A stretch of 64,000 bases of DNA from Squalus acanthias (Eukaryota), in assembly GCA_030390025.1 (NCBI GenBank), contig CM059432.1, forward strand, positions 11,098,001-11,162,000, read 5' to 3'. Below the pieces are notes generated by a model that ran no database searches, was not told the origin of the DNA, and saw nothing but the letters and a program-made list of their open reading frames with translations. A program made the position numbers and the translations under genes. Shown in pieces: positions 1-11,489 of this stretch (positions are counted from its first letter, which is position 1; each line of letters begins with the position of its first letter).

Positions 1-363
1 TTAGAAGGTTAAGGGGTGATCTGATCGAAGTTTTCAAGATATTCAGGGGAACAGATAGGGTAGATAGAGAGAAACTATTTCCACTGGTTGGGGATTCTAG
101 GACTAGGAGGCAGTCTAAAAATTAGAGCCAGACCTTTCAGGAGTGAAATGAGGAAACACTTCTACACACAAAGGGTGGTAGAAGTTTGGAATTCTCTTCT
201 GCAAATGGCAATTGATGCTAGATCAATTGTAATTGTTAACCAAAGGTATTAAGGGGTGTGGGCCAAAGGCGGGTATGTGGAGTTAGGACGCAGATCAGCC
301 ATGATCTCATTGAATTGCGGAGGAGACTCAAGGGGCTGAATGGCCTACTCCATTCCTATGTTC
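1..363 (+). mobile_element. CR1 LINE 3' fragment (end of ORF2 plus 3'UTR)
   Basis: Encodes an RRLRGDLIEVFKI...FYTQRVV-like C-terminus and ends in the gatcagccatgatct...ggcctactcc..cctatgttc 3'UTR shared with other CR1 copies in the window. Confidence 0.85.
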
Positions 364-679
364 TTGTTGCTTGATCTTCTCCATCCTGTTTGATCTAAGT
401 CTTGTCTTCTGTCGACTGTGTTGATCGAGCTTGAATAATTGATTTTCCTGTGGAACCTTTCTTCTAACACTAAGCCCTAACCAGACACCCCTGCCTTGCT
501 GAGTTTAGGTCCGCCTATGGTTTTTTGTGTAAGAAGGTTATGGTCACTTTTTTTGCGCACGGTGACCATAATTTGAGAGAGAAGGGAGAATCGCAAACCA
601 AAGTTTCACATTTAAGTAAAGCAAACTTCAAAGGGATGATAAATAAATTGGCCACGGTAATTTGATTTTTAAAAAATAT

Positions 680-985
680 TTTACTTTTTTTCAATCCAAT
701 CTTTCCCTTTTTATTTCACTTTCTGTACCTGATTTTGACATTGAATTCATTATTCTAACTTACACTTCCTGGTTCAGACTCTGTGCTGTTCAATTCACAA
801 TACTTCAATCTGATTGGTTAAGGAGATAGTTAGTTGCTTGTCTGTTCATGCAGACCACAGATGCCCTGTAGAGGGCACCGTGCTGTTTCGATCTCCCATT
901 TGCAGCAACTTCCAGTGCAGAGTCTCATGGAAGTTAACTGGGCGAGCAAGTCTAATGAATGGCGGGTGCTGTTTGCCCACTATAT
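680..985. mobile_element. Degenerate DNA-transposon/MITE remnant
   Basis: ttcctggttca...tgattgg segment resembles the interior of the MITE at 4086-4874; no termini found. Confidence 0.3.
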
Positions 986-2837
986 GTTAATTGTTAGTGA
1001 GTTTAAGGCTTTAACTACATGCTACTTAGAAGAGACCTCCAGTGAAACATATGTGTACATGTTTCTCATAACAGAAAATCAGGATTAGATGATAAAATAC
1101 TCTTATCTGTTTACCATATCTAAACTAAGTTGCTTGTGCGGTATAAGATTTTTAGTGGTTGCACAGGTAAGTAAATGCTCTTTGCGTAGTGGCCACAAAG
1201 TGGAGCTGTGGTTATCTAAAGTGGGGAAAAAAAACTCTTGTGATTTACCGTTTGCAGTACTCCTAACAATAGATTTGACTTGTTAGGCCCCGATCTCTTC
1301 CCTTTTAATTGCTCAGGTGCCAGAGTGCACAGAAACCAGATCTTCCTTCCACCTTCTCCCCTTCGCAGAAGCGCAAAATAAATCAGTGATATTTGAGCAT
1401 TTTCATTAGTTGAGAATATTTTCAGGATGTTGCCCACCTGCGCTCAATGCGACAATTATTTGAAGGCATTGTCAGATACGACAGCATTTGCTATTTTTTT
1501 TTCCTGTGGAGTGTAACGAGAGATCCTAACACCCTGTGTACGTTCTGAAAGCGGTTGTCGTTCGATATATCACAATGATGTGAAGAAAAAAAATCAGCGG
1601 TCACTGAATAGCCTCCTGAGCCAGATTAAGTGTAATGTTCACGGAGGCCTGGGAAGCCAGTTACCTGCCTGCTTGCCTTATTCATGACATTGGAAGATAC
1701 AAGAGTGGCAGAAAATAAAATAGCTTTAAAGACTATTTTCTGTCACGTCTTTGCTCCTCTTCTTCACCAACCCCCCCGCCCCCCCACCCCATATCACATC
1801 CCCATCTTTTGTAACCATGTTGAGCTTAGAAATAACGCCACAGCTTTGATATCAGTCCTTGACCAAGCCCCCAGATGCTGCATTTGACCAATGAATAACT
1901 AGTCTGCTCCTCAAGCTATTTTCTTATCCTTCGCATGATCTTGCTGACACGGGAAACAATCACCTACCTGAAGAATCCCAATTGTAGCCAAGGCTAAATC
2001 TTGAACAAAAGTCTCCTCATTTTAGTGGCTACTGCGTGCCCAGTGTTTTAATGCTCTAAGCTTGGAGAAAACTGTTGTAATGCACATAAAAAATACATGC
2101 AATTCAATTTGCCATTTAAATAGTGTAGAGCAGGCAAAGCCACAAGTCAGTAACTAAATTAAGTGGAATGTTTTCCCACATGTAACTGACTTTTAAAATA
2201 TTTATGATGCCAAATAAAACGGTTGTGGATTTTTTATTGGTTTCATGGGACAGGTAGCTATGCTACGCTGTGTTCGTGGAGTGCGCACATTTTTAACGAC
2301 ATGGAAAATTAAAACTTTATATTTGGGATAATTTTTGTTTTCTGCAAAATTCCCAGTTAAAATGGCAATTCAATCTTTTTATTCATCACTGCTCCAAGTA
2401 AACTGTGCTGTTCAATTTACAAATCTTGTATAGTTTCATGTTCTTTGGTTCATAACTCTCGGTTACTGCATTTCTGTTATCCAAACTCTTCCTTTGTCTT
2501 TGCAGCAGTTGAGACAAAAATATGGGTTAAAAATTTGTCTGGGCCTGTTTTTGAGCCCAGCCTTGAGACTGCACAATTAGCAAGAGGTCCAAGGATCAAT
2601 AGAATATGGTCCTTGGGCCTCATCTGCATACTCGGGGCAAGCTGGTCGCACCTCCCCCCCTCCCCAGGCAGATCGCCTGACGAGAGATTCCAATTTAGGG
2701 TCGCCTGCCTCACCGACAGTGACGCCTGATGAGTCGGGGAAGTCTTCATGTTTCTCCTGGCTCTGCGGGAAGAGTACTTTTAGCTAGTGGCTGAAGAACC
2801 CTGAGTGAGGCAAGCTTGACGCCTGATCCCCCACATC

Positions 2838-3481
2838 GGGCCCGAATTTCCCCAAAGGCTCAACAGGTGTTAGGGTCCTCATCAACATATTCGTGGGGCC
2901 TGACTGCTGTTTTGGGGACACCTTAAAAACAAAAATGGGCCTCACTAATTCAGGAGGTCAATTTTGACTTCTATCGGCTACCGTTGATGGTCTGAAACAC
3001 TGAAAATGGGGTCAGTAGCCATACCGCTCCGATAATCCCACAGAAGAGGCCAGCAACATTTTGAAAAGGTGCCGACTGGGTGTGTGGATCATCTGCCTGC
3101 TTCAAATGGTAGGCTCATTTTAATATGCAAATCACCCCGATTGCCAATTTATGTTGGAACGGGTCGGAGCACGCGTTCTGTGTACACTCCAACCAGTTGC
3201 ATAGGCAATGGAGCCGAAAAGGCCCAGCCAAGCTAAGTTTGGAATCATTATTGTGTTGCCCAGAGGCTCCGGTCCTACAGAAATAATCTGGGTCGCTGCC
3301 GCTCCGGGACCGCCCCCCACCACCACCACCCTCCGCCAACTGGGTCAGCCACCCAAACGTTAAAACCGACCCCAATCAGTGGGATCAATGCCTGCGCAGA
3401 TTAGGCACAGACCATCCCATTGCTAAACTGGTACGTTTTGCGCCCGAAAAATGGGTGCAAACGTGTACAGATTTCTAGCCC
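2838..3481. mobile_element. Possible degenerate Harbinger-type MITE(s)
   Basis: GC-rich block bounded by gggcccgaattt and atttctagcccc, which resemble other MITE termini here; TSD unclear. Confidence 0.3.
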
Positions 3482-3564
3482 TATGTTTTATATACACAAG
3501 TACCGTACTTTCAAAAGAAGATTACTTGATGTATTAACTTTTTTGGAAAACTGAACTGGTGTGT

Positions 3565-3930
3565 TTCCCCACAATGATTCAGTCGGTAAATGGATCACAT
3601 GGTGTGCTGCATGAGTCACCGGGATCAGAAAATCCCTGAGTTTGATCCCTGGTCTATGCTAAGAAAGCTGATGCCAGCCAAAGACTTCAGTCTCGTCGCT
3701 CTGGGCAGAAGAAAAATCACCCAATTACTCCTGTTCCTGATCGCTATCAAGTGACTCCCGACCTGGGTAGTGCAAATATGTAGGATATTCAATGAGGGCA
3801 ATGTTGATCTTGCTTACAATGCTGCCATGGTTAAAAAGCTTGGCAGTGCTCACTGTCTAGACTCACACATGAATAGGTTTGGGTGAGGTATCAAAGGGCT
3901 GCCAGAGTAATTGGAACCCTATCCTCTGCC
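3565..3930 (+). mobile_element. Old tRNA-derived SINE
   Basis: Degenerate A/B-box-like motifs (tgattcagtcggt, gagtttgatccc) followed by a SINE-like body. Confidence 0.35.
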
Positions 3931-4085
3931 ATCCCCTTTAAATTGCAGGGCGGAACATAACAGAAGCTAATTTACAGGTTTAAAAAAAAGACCAAGATGT
4001 TGGAAACTGAAATAAAAACAGAGAATGCTGGAAACACTCAGCAGGTCAGGCAGCAGCTGTGGAGAGAGAGAGAAACCGAGTTAAT

Positions 4086-4874
4086 GGCCCGTAATTTGCG
4101 GTGGTTAATAACGGCAAACAAAGCGTTTGCTTGCCATTGCCACTTTGAAACTGACCGCAACATCAGGTTGCAGCCCCTGCGCATCCTAATGCTGAAATCC
4201 TGAAGTTGCGCTCAGTCATTCACTGCTCCGACACCGGCTGCGCTGTGAAACCGCCCACCCCCCGCCCCACAGCCAGCAATCAGGATAATCTCTCTCATCA
4301 GGGAAACTGACGAAAACTTTGGTTCCTCCGCGGTAATACTGCTGTTAAATACCACATTAAAAGTTAGACCCTTTAGGATTAGATGTAACTGGGGTTTTAA
4401 CAACGTATTGACTGCTAAACAAAGGTTATAGCCCTGAAAAATGAATTTTCATTTTGTGGAGTGTTAAATTTATCTTTATTTCAGGTTTGCCTCTTCCCCA
4501 TGTGAGAGCCTCAATCTTTGTTTTGCTCTCTCTAACATTTTTAAAACGTTAGAATCAAAGGAACCTTCCCATTTCCTGGTTCACTGTCTTGTGAGAATTC
4601 GGCATTTTGATTGGCTGCTAAGACAGCTTGTTGACGTCGCAGCAGCTCGAGTTAGGGATTCCCCATTAGCTCGCGTTAGTGATTCCCCATTAGCTCGAGT
4701 TAGGGATTCCCCATTAGCTCGCGTTAGGGATTCCCCATTAACTTGCATTGATTTCAATTATGCGTCGGAAAAGCCGAACGTCTCGCCACAGAGATCGCGA
4801 GATCTTTGTGGGAAGCTTACTTCAGGGCCGGTGGCGAACGCCTTTGCTTCACCGCTGACCGCAAATTACGGGCC
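4086..4874. mobile_element. PIF/Harbinger-type MITE inserted in a Penelope pLTR
   Basis: Perfect 17-bp TIR ggcccgtaatttgcggt / accgcaaattacgggcc; 3-bp TSD aat/aac (the difference fits CpG decay). Confidence 0.85.
4644..4739. repeat. Tandem repeat, 4 x 24 bp (agctcgMgttagggattccccatt)
   Basis: Four contiguous near-identical units with no spacers. Confidence 0.95.
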
Positions 4875-5199
4875 AACGTTTCAGTTCAATGACCTTTCTC
4901 ACCGGCCTGAAACGTTAACTCTGTTTCTCTCTCCACAGATGCTGCCTGACCTGCTGAGTGTTGCCAGCATTTTCTGTTTTTATTACTAATTTACAGGTGT
5001 TAGGTGGCACTCCTGACAGATTTTTGGTGGATAAAAATTTTAAGATTTTCTACCAAATTCCACCAGATGCATGCTAAGGCATCCAACTGTGCAATGCCAC
5101 AAATAATCACAGTTAAGTACCACTATGAGTTGAAAATTCACCCTCGATCCCTTTGAGACACAGTGCACAAATTCTGTCAGAAATTTGAGAAACAATGTT

Positions 5200-5566
5200 A
5201 GAAAGAAAGAACTTGTACTTATATAGCTCCTTTCACAATCTTATGATATCCTAAAGTGCTTTATAGTTAATTAAGTATTGCACTTTAGAAGTAGAGTCAC
5301 TGTTGTAATGTAGGAAATGTGGCAGCCAATTTGCACACAGCAAGCTCCCACAAACACCACTGAGATAATAATCAGGTATTCTGTTTTTTAGTGATGTTAG
5401 CTGAGGGATAAATATTGGCCAGGACACCAGGGATAACTCCCTTGCTCTTCTCTGAATGCTGCAATGGGATCGTTTATGTCCACCTGAGAGAGCAGATGGG
5501 ACCTTGATTATAACGTCTCATCTGAAAGACGGCACCTCCGACAGTGCAGCACTCCCTCAGTACTGA
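5200..5566 (-). mobile_element. Deu-domain SINE (SacSINE1-like), 5' truncated
   Basis: Deu-like core gagttatccctggtgtcctggccaatatttatccc and an L2-like tail on the minus strand. Confidence 0.8.
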
Positions 5567-6009
5567 AAGAAAAGAAGAAAGACTTGCATTTCTATAGCGT
5601 CTCTCGTGACCACCGGATGTCCCAAAGCGCTTTACAGTCAATAAAGTACTTTTGAAGTGGAGTCACTGTTGTAATGTAGGAAACTCGGCAGCCAATTTGC
5701 GCACAGCAAGCTCCCACAAACAGCACGGTGATAATGACCCGATAATCTGTTTTTGTGATGTTGATTGAGGGATAAATATTGGCCAGGACACCGGGGATAA
5801 CTCCCCTGCTCTTCTTCGGAATAGTGCCATGGGATCTTTTACCTGAGAGAACAGACACCTCATCCGAAAGATGGCACCTCCGACAGTGCAGCACTCCCTC
5901 AGCACTGCAATGAAGTGCCAACCTAGATTATGGGTTCAAGTCTCTGGAGTGGGACTTCAACCCACAACCTTCTGACTCAGAGGTGACCCACTGAGCCACG
6001 GCTGACACC
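5567..6009 (-). mobile_element. Deu-domain SINE (SacSINE1-like), near full length
   Basis: tRNA-like head (tggctcagtgg, ggttgaagtcc), Deu-like core, tail tgtaaagcgctttgggac...aaatgcaagtc. Confidence 0.85.
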
Positions 6010-6027
6010 TTATGTTGAAAGTACTCA

Positions 6028-6250
6028 AAAAAACGTAATTTTGCAGGAAGAGAATTTTGGTGAAGAAAGTAATGGACACGAAGCCTTTGATTTTTGAGAC
6101 AGCCAAACACCGCCCAAGAAGGGAGAAATGGGAAGGGGTGAATCAGTGGTCGAAAACAATCTGTGCAACAAGAAGCTGACAGCATATCTGCAAGAGATTT
6201 AACAATACTAAAAAGATTGTTAAACAAATAAAAACTAGTCAGCAGCTAAG
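6028..6250 (+). pseudogene. Degenerate Myb/SANT-like (Harbinger ORF1-type) domain relic
   Basis: KKRNF, then a frameshift, then KRILVKKVMDTKPLIF...REKWEGV...TRS*QHICKRFNNTKK; spacing fits a trihelix Myb domain; in-frame TGA at 6177. Confidence 0.45.
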
Positions 6251-7247
6251 TCAAATGTGGAACCTTTGATTGTATCCTCTTGAGACCCTGAAGGTTACGG
6301 GAAGTATAAAAGTCGGAAGTAGCTTCACAAACTCTGGTAAGTGTTTCTTTATTGTTTCGGATTTTCATGACACCAAAGTATAAAAATAAAGTTTTGTTTG
6401 AACCCAGTAGCTACAGTGCACCCCGCCGTAGGTTACATAAAGGATAAATTATTCTCAGTGTACCATTGTTTTACTGAGGATGTGAAGATTCTGAAGGTGG
6501 AGTGAAACGCTCCCAATTTCATAAATTTTCCGCTCTCCACAGATAACCTAATTTAGCCACAAGCCACTGATCACAAGCAGCACCAGCACACACAATTTTC
6601 AAGTTTGCAAGCGTGCAACTGGTGGAGGGGAAATTAATGCTACCAGTAGTTAAGAACGATGTCCTATTGCGTGCATCACAAGCCACATCCCTCTTGATTA
6701 CGCGGGAGAAGTAGGTGCAGACGCAGGTGGACAGCTACACCATTTGTCAGCCTGGTTGGATTGAACATTCATTCTGCATCATAGTAGGGTTGCCAACCCT
6801 TCAGGATTGCCCTGGAGTTTCCAAGAATGAAAGACGAATCTCCAGGACACTGCTGTGAGCAAACCCTGGAGAAAAAGCTCAGGGGCATAAAAAAATTGTG
6901 TTTAAAACAAAAAAAAATTCTTTGAACACTTTTGTTATAAAACAAATTGGAGATGGGGGAGGGGGGGCAGGGGAAAGGCTGTTTGACTGACAATCAAGAA
7001 TCATCCAATCAGGTAACAAAGAGTCTATTCACTTTCCAGTTGGCGTTGTAACAGTTCAAATCCGACTCCAAAAATGGATGCAATAAAAAACCAAGTCCAG
7101 ATACACACAATATCTTTAAGCTGTAGACATACAGAGAAATAAATGATACTACACCGTCCGGTTTCTCCGGGTAGAGATGTAACCTTCGTTGTTCCTTTCC
7201 AATCCTGATTTTCTCTACAACTTGTTACGAAAAGCTTGAGATCTTTA

Positions 7248-7388
7248 TACAAAAGCAAAATACTGCGGAGGCTGGAAATCTGAAATAAAAACAGAAAATG
7301 CTGGAAATACTCAGCAGGTCGGGCAGCATCTGTAGAGAGAGAGAAACAGAGTTAACGTTTCAGGTCGATGACCTTTCGTCAGAACACT
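7248..7388 (-). mobile_element. Penelope pLTR 3' end insertion
   Basis: Matches the ends of the Penelope element at 43613-46722; 12-bp TSD ttgagatcttta at 7236-7247 and 7389-7400. Confidence 0.85.
7351..7385 (-). ncRNA. Minimal type I hammerhead ribozyme motif (Penelope type), core intact
   Basis: gtt-CTGACGA-a-AGGTC-atc-GACCT-GAAAC-GTT-aac: conserved core, 5-bp helix II, palindromic AACGTT helix III region. Confidence 0.7.
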
Positions 7389-8444
7389 TTGAGATCTTTA
7401 CAGTCTGTTTCTCACAAAATACTGTCATTGCTGATTCAGTATGGCATGACAAGTTTTATTGTGAACAAGACACCCCAGAAAGGATGTATTTCCTTCAAAA
7501 CAACAGATGCCAACTTGTTACCACCCTGTCCTTCCATTGTTCCATTCCTTATCTCAAAACTGACTTGGATAACTGTTTCCAAATGTGGCCATGAAAACAA
7601 GTCAAGGGACATGAATCTTATACATCCTGTAGTTTCAGCAAATAATTAAAGCACAGTGTGAGCTAAATTGTACCCTGACAAATCAAACCCTAAAGCATCC
7701 TGGGAATGAGCAATTGTTTAACCATTTCAGTCAGTAAAAAGAAACCAGAAACTTTAATAGTATGAGATTAAACCAAATCCTAATCCTATGTTTGTATGTA
7801 TACACAACTAAGGTATCTTACAGAGTGGGAAGGCGGGTTGCGAGGATGGACATGTCGGGCAACCAATGGCGAAAGTGTGGGGGGGGCGGGGCAGTTAGAG
7901 GCAGGAGGTCATGTGATGAAACCACCAGCAGTATGTCCAGCCAGAGGTGGCAACCCCAGCAGCTCGTGAAAGCCTATTGTCTATGTTGTCTTATGTCCAC
8001 ATTCGATCGGACGTATTTCCTAATAAGTGATGACGCAAGTTGTTTTGAATCCTGTGCAGAAAATATTTTCCGTCGAAATAAGTGCAGGGTGCTAAATTCA
8101 GACTGTTGGAAAGTCGATGATAAAAAAATTATTAGTCAAATCGAAACTGGACAGAGAATAGACTGACAGAAAATGCTCCGGTCATCTTTTCCATTCTTAT
8201 TAAACGAGTGCCAGCCTACAATCTTGTGAGACTTTTTTGAGTTGTATGTTATTAAATGGCTATGTTACAAGTGTTTATCGTTTCAGAAAAGGAGTGCGTA
8301 TTCCTAGTGCAGGTTGAGATGGCAGTAAATTCATCAATTTATTTGCATAAAGCCCTCCATCAGCTACAGATCCTGCCCACTCAATGATTAGTTGACTCGT
8401 TCGTCATCATAAAAGATAAATTGCTGATGCTAACTTTGTAACTG

Positions 8445-8836
8445 TAGATAAGGTTAAGGGGTAATCTGATCGAGGTGTTTCAAACGTTAAAAGGATTCGA
8501 CAGGGTAGATACGGAGAAGTTATTTCCTCTGGTGGGGGGGAATCCAGAACGAGGTGGGTGCAGTCTTAAAATTAGAGCTAAACCATTTAGGAGGGAAATC
8601 AGGGAGCAATTTTTCACTCGAAGGGGGCAGCAGAAATCTGGAATTCTCTGTCCCAAAATGCTGGATCAGTTGAAGCTTTCAAGACTGAGATCGATAGATT
8701 TTTGTTGGAGGGACGGGTATCGAGGGATATGGAGCTACGGCAGGTAAATGGAGTTGAGGCGCAGATCAGCCCTGATCTCACTGAATGGTGGAGCAGGCTC
8801 GAGGGGCTGAATGGCCCCCTCCTGTTCCTATGCTCC
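8445..8836 (+). mobile_element. CR1 LINE 3' fragment
   Basis: ORF 8475-8747 (KGFDRVDTEKLFPLV) followed by CR1 3'UTR. Confidence 0.85.
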
Positions 8837-9435
8837 TAATTCAAACTATCGAATGAGAATTGAGGGCAATCGGGTGATAAAATGTGACTGTTCAATTAAC
8901 CTAATTCTTTCATCTTAATTTTTTAACAAGTATTTAGTGTTGTTCTCCCAAAGACTTTTTTTTCCCCCTCCCCGTCACTTTTGTTTTATCTTGCACTTCC
9001 CCCCCTAAGTTTGGCCAAGTCACAGACTACTCTCCGGCCAAACGGGGCAGGCAGGTTACCGGGCTTCTGCCGATGGATGGTATAACAATGCCTTCAGTCA
9101 CCAATTGTTGTGTGGAAGCGTCTAGTCCTTGCTCACTGCCTCCTCTTTGGCAGCACAACCGAGATTCCTTAGAATCTGGGGAGGCTGCAAAGAGCAAACC
9201 CATTCTGATATGCTGCTATACCTTGATGCTTTTTGCGCCTCTCATTTCTAACCTTGAAGTGGCAGAGTGAGACCATCCAGCATGTGATCAACATCAGTGG
9301 TGTTTCCATAAAAGCATATTGGTAATACAGTGAGATGGATAAAGTTCTGCCATCACATTTGTCCCATCAGGAGCCCCAACAGTATCCATGAACAGCTTGT
9401 GTCTCAGCATCAGGAAGCACTAAGACTTGAACCTA

Positions 9436-10195
9436 CCACAACAACTTGCATTTATATCGTGCCTTTAACATCAAAAGAATCCCAAAGTGCTTCACAAATA
9501 GGCATAAGGAAAACAGGCACTGAGCCAGAAAGGAAGCCATTAGGAGGGGAAACTGACAGCATTGTTGAAAAGCTGGGTTTAGAGGAAGGTTTTAAAAAAG
9601 AAAGACTTGCATTTATAGAGTGCTTTTCACAACCTCAGGTCCTCCCAAAGCGCTTCACAGCCAATGAAGTACTTTTTGAAGTGAAAACAAACAAAGACTT
9701 GCATTTCTACAGCGCCTTTTGCGACCTCATGACGTCCCAAAGCACTTTACAGCCAATGAAGTACCTTTTGAAGTGTAGTCACTGTTGTAATGTAGGAAAC
9801 GCGGCAGCCAATTTGCGCACAGCAAGCTCCCACAAACAGCAATGTGATAATGACCAGATAATTTGTTTTTAGTGATGCTGCTTGAGTGATAAATATTGGC
9901 CAGGACACCGGGGATAACTCCCCTGCTCTTCTTCAAAATAGTGGCCCTGGGATCTTTTACGTCCACCTAAGAGGGCAGACGGGGCCTCGGTTTAACGTCT
10001 CATCCGAAAGAAAGGTGGGCTGACAGGTGCAGAGGTCTGAAGGAGACAGTTCCAAATAGTAGCGACAAGGCAGCTGAAGGCTCGGCCAACAATGGTGAGT
10101 CCAAGTGAGGGAGAGGATGCACAAAAGGCCCGAGTTAGAGGAATGGATAAAGGGCTGGAGGAGACTACAGAAATAGGGTGTGGAAAGGCCACCAA
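9436..10195 (-). mobile_element. L2 3' fragment interrupted by SINE copies
   Basis: L2 tail (acaacttgcatttatat) at about 9440; resumes after about 10010 with ggcagctgaagg, matching L2 copies at 33300 and 39600. Confidence 0.6.
9596..10010 (-). mobile_element. Deu-domain SINE plus an extra SINE tail
   Basis: Same core and tail as 5567-6009. Confidence 0.8.
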
Positions 10196-10663
10196 GTGCT
10201 CTTGCTGCTGCACTTAAGGCTATCAGAGTTCTTGCTATTAAGCACTTAGATGCAGATTGGAGAATGTTGTATCGGTTGCCGAACAGTTCCTCGCAGCGTC
10301 ACCCTCAGAACACATTAGCAACGCCTCCATGTTTCACACTCATGATTTTTCCCAGGAACTATGGGCATTTAAGTCCTGGTGTCTGTGGAAGGTTCTGTGC
10401 TCAGATTGTGGTTTGTGATTCAACACTTGTCAGAGAAGTTGTTATTTTCCACTGCCCTGCCTGGGTTTCAGCCAACTTGTCTCCTGAGAAGATTAGTTGC
10501 AGAGACTCGAGTGTTAACCTTGATTTCAGACTATTAGTCATCCAGATAATGACAGTAATTATTTTCTCTCTCCTCTTCTCTCCTGTGCACCCAAATTGCA
10601 CCAACAAAAACAAGCAAACATTTTAGAAACCCGTTTTAAGGTATTTACTTCTTTATATAAGCT

Positions 10664-11378
10664 TTTTTTCGTTCATGGGATCTGGGTGTCGCTGGCAAGG
10701 CCACCATTTATTGCCCATCCCTAATTGCCCTCGAGAAGGTGGTGGTGAGCCGCCTTCTTGAACCACTGCAGTCCGTGTGGTGAAGGTACTCCCACAGTGC
10801 TGTTAGGGAGGGAGTTCCAGGTCTTTGACCCAGCGACGATGAAGGATCGGCGATATACTTCCAAGTCAGGATGGTGTGTGACTTGGAGGGGAACTTGGAG
10901 CTGGTGATGTTCCCATGCGCCTGCTGTCCTTCTAGGTGGAAGAGGTCGCGTGTTTGGAAGGTGCTGCCGCAGAAGCCTTGGTGAGTTGCTGCAGTGCATC
11001 TTGTAGATGGTACACACTGCAGCAACGGTGGTGGAGGGAATGAAGGTTTAAGGTGGTGGATGGGGTGCGAATTTGTCCTGGATGGTGTCGAGCTTCTTGA
11101 GTGTTGTTGGAGCTGCACTCATCCAGGCAAGTGGAGAGTATTCCATCACACTCCTGACTTGTGCCTTGTAGATGGTGGAAAGGCAAGGGGCGGTGGTTAG
11201 ACTCTCGCTTGTTGGAGATAGTCATTGCCTGGCACTTGTGTGGCGCAAATGTTACCTGCCGCTTATCAGCCCAAGCCTGAATGTCGTACAGGTCTTGTTG
11301 CATGCGGGCATGGACTGCTTCATTATCTGAGGAGCTGCGAATGGCGCTGAACACTGTGCAGTCATTAGCGAACATTCC
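10664..11378 (-). mobile_element. LINE family B (CR1/L2 group, possibly CR1-Zenon-like) 3' fragment with internal deletions
   Basis: RT motif GMFANDC...QQDLYDIQAWADK; C-terminus FKKAAHHHLLEGN*; shared family tail. Confidence 0.8.
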
Positions 11379-11379
11379 C

Positions 11380-11489
11380 AGGGATACAGGCCAAAGTCGA
11401 GTATATGGAGTTAGGTCGCAGATCAGCCACGATCTCATTGAATGGCGGAACAGGCTTGAGGGGCTGAATGGACTACTCCTGTTCCTATA
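11380..11489 (+). mobile_element. CR1 3'UTR fragment
   Basis: gatcagccacgatctcattgaatggcgg...ctcctgttcctat. Confidence 0.75.

Larger units (their letters stand above)
3980..4985. mobile_element. Short Penelope-derived insertion made of two inverted pseudo-LTR ends
   Basis: Antisense pLTR (3980-4085 plus 4875-4900) followed by sense pLTR (about 4905-4985); 13-bp direct repeat ctaatttacaggt at 3967-3979 and 4986-4998. Confidence 0.8.
7047..7822 (-). mobile_element. Solo LTR (Gypsy-like) carrying a Penelope insert
   Basis: TGTAA...TTACA inverted termini; 4-bp TSD gcgt/gagt; TATAAGA at 7622-7616 on the minus strand; orientation inferred. Confidence 0.65.
6785..7958. mobile_element. hAT-like MITE split by a solo LTR
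   Basis: Termini tagggttgcca / tggcaacccca; the sequence reads through (ttggcgt|gggaagg) once 7047-7826 is removed; no clear TSD. Confidence 0.65.

Noticed and set aside
538..665. 10-bp hairpin ttatggtcac/gtgaccataa
   Set aside because: The right arm starts a degenerate CR1-like fragment (DHN...KANF); likely an insertion-junction inversion or chance
4644..4739. CRISPR-like or telomeric array
   Set aside because: Units are contiguous with no unique spacers, and TTAGGG is not itself tandem; the context is eukaryotic
7762..8166. 134-aa ORF; faint HTH-like end and C/D-box-like GTGATGA...CTGA
   Set aside because: The ORF spans LTR, MITE and unique DNA; similarity is too weak and there is no terminal stem for a snoRNA
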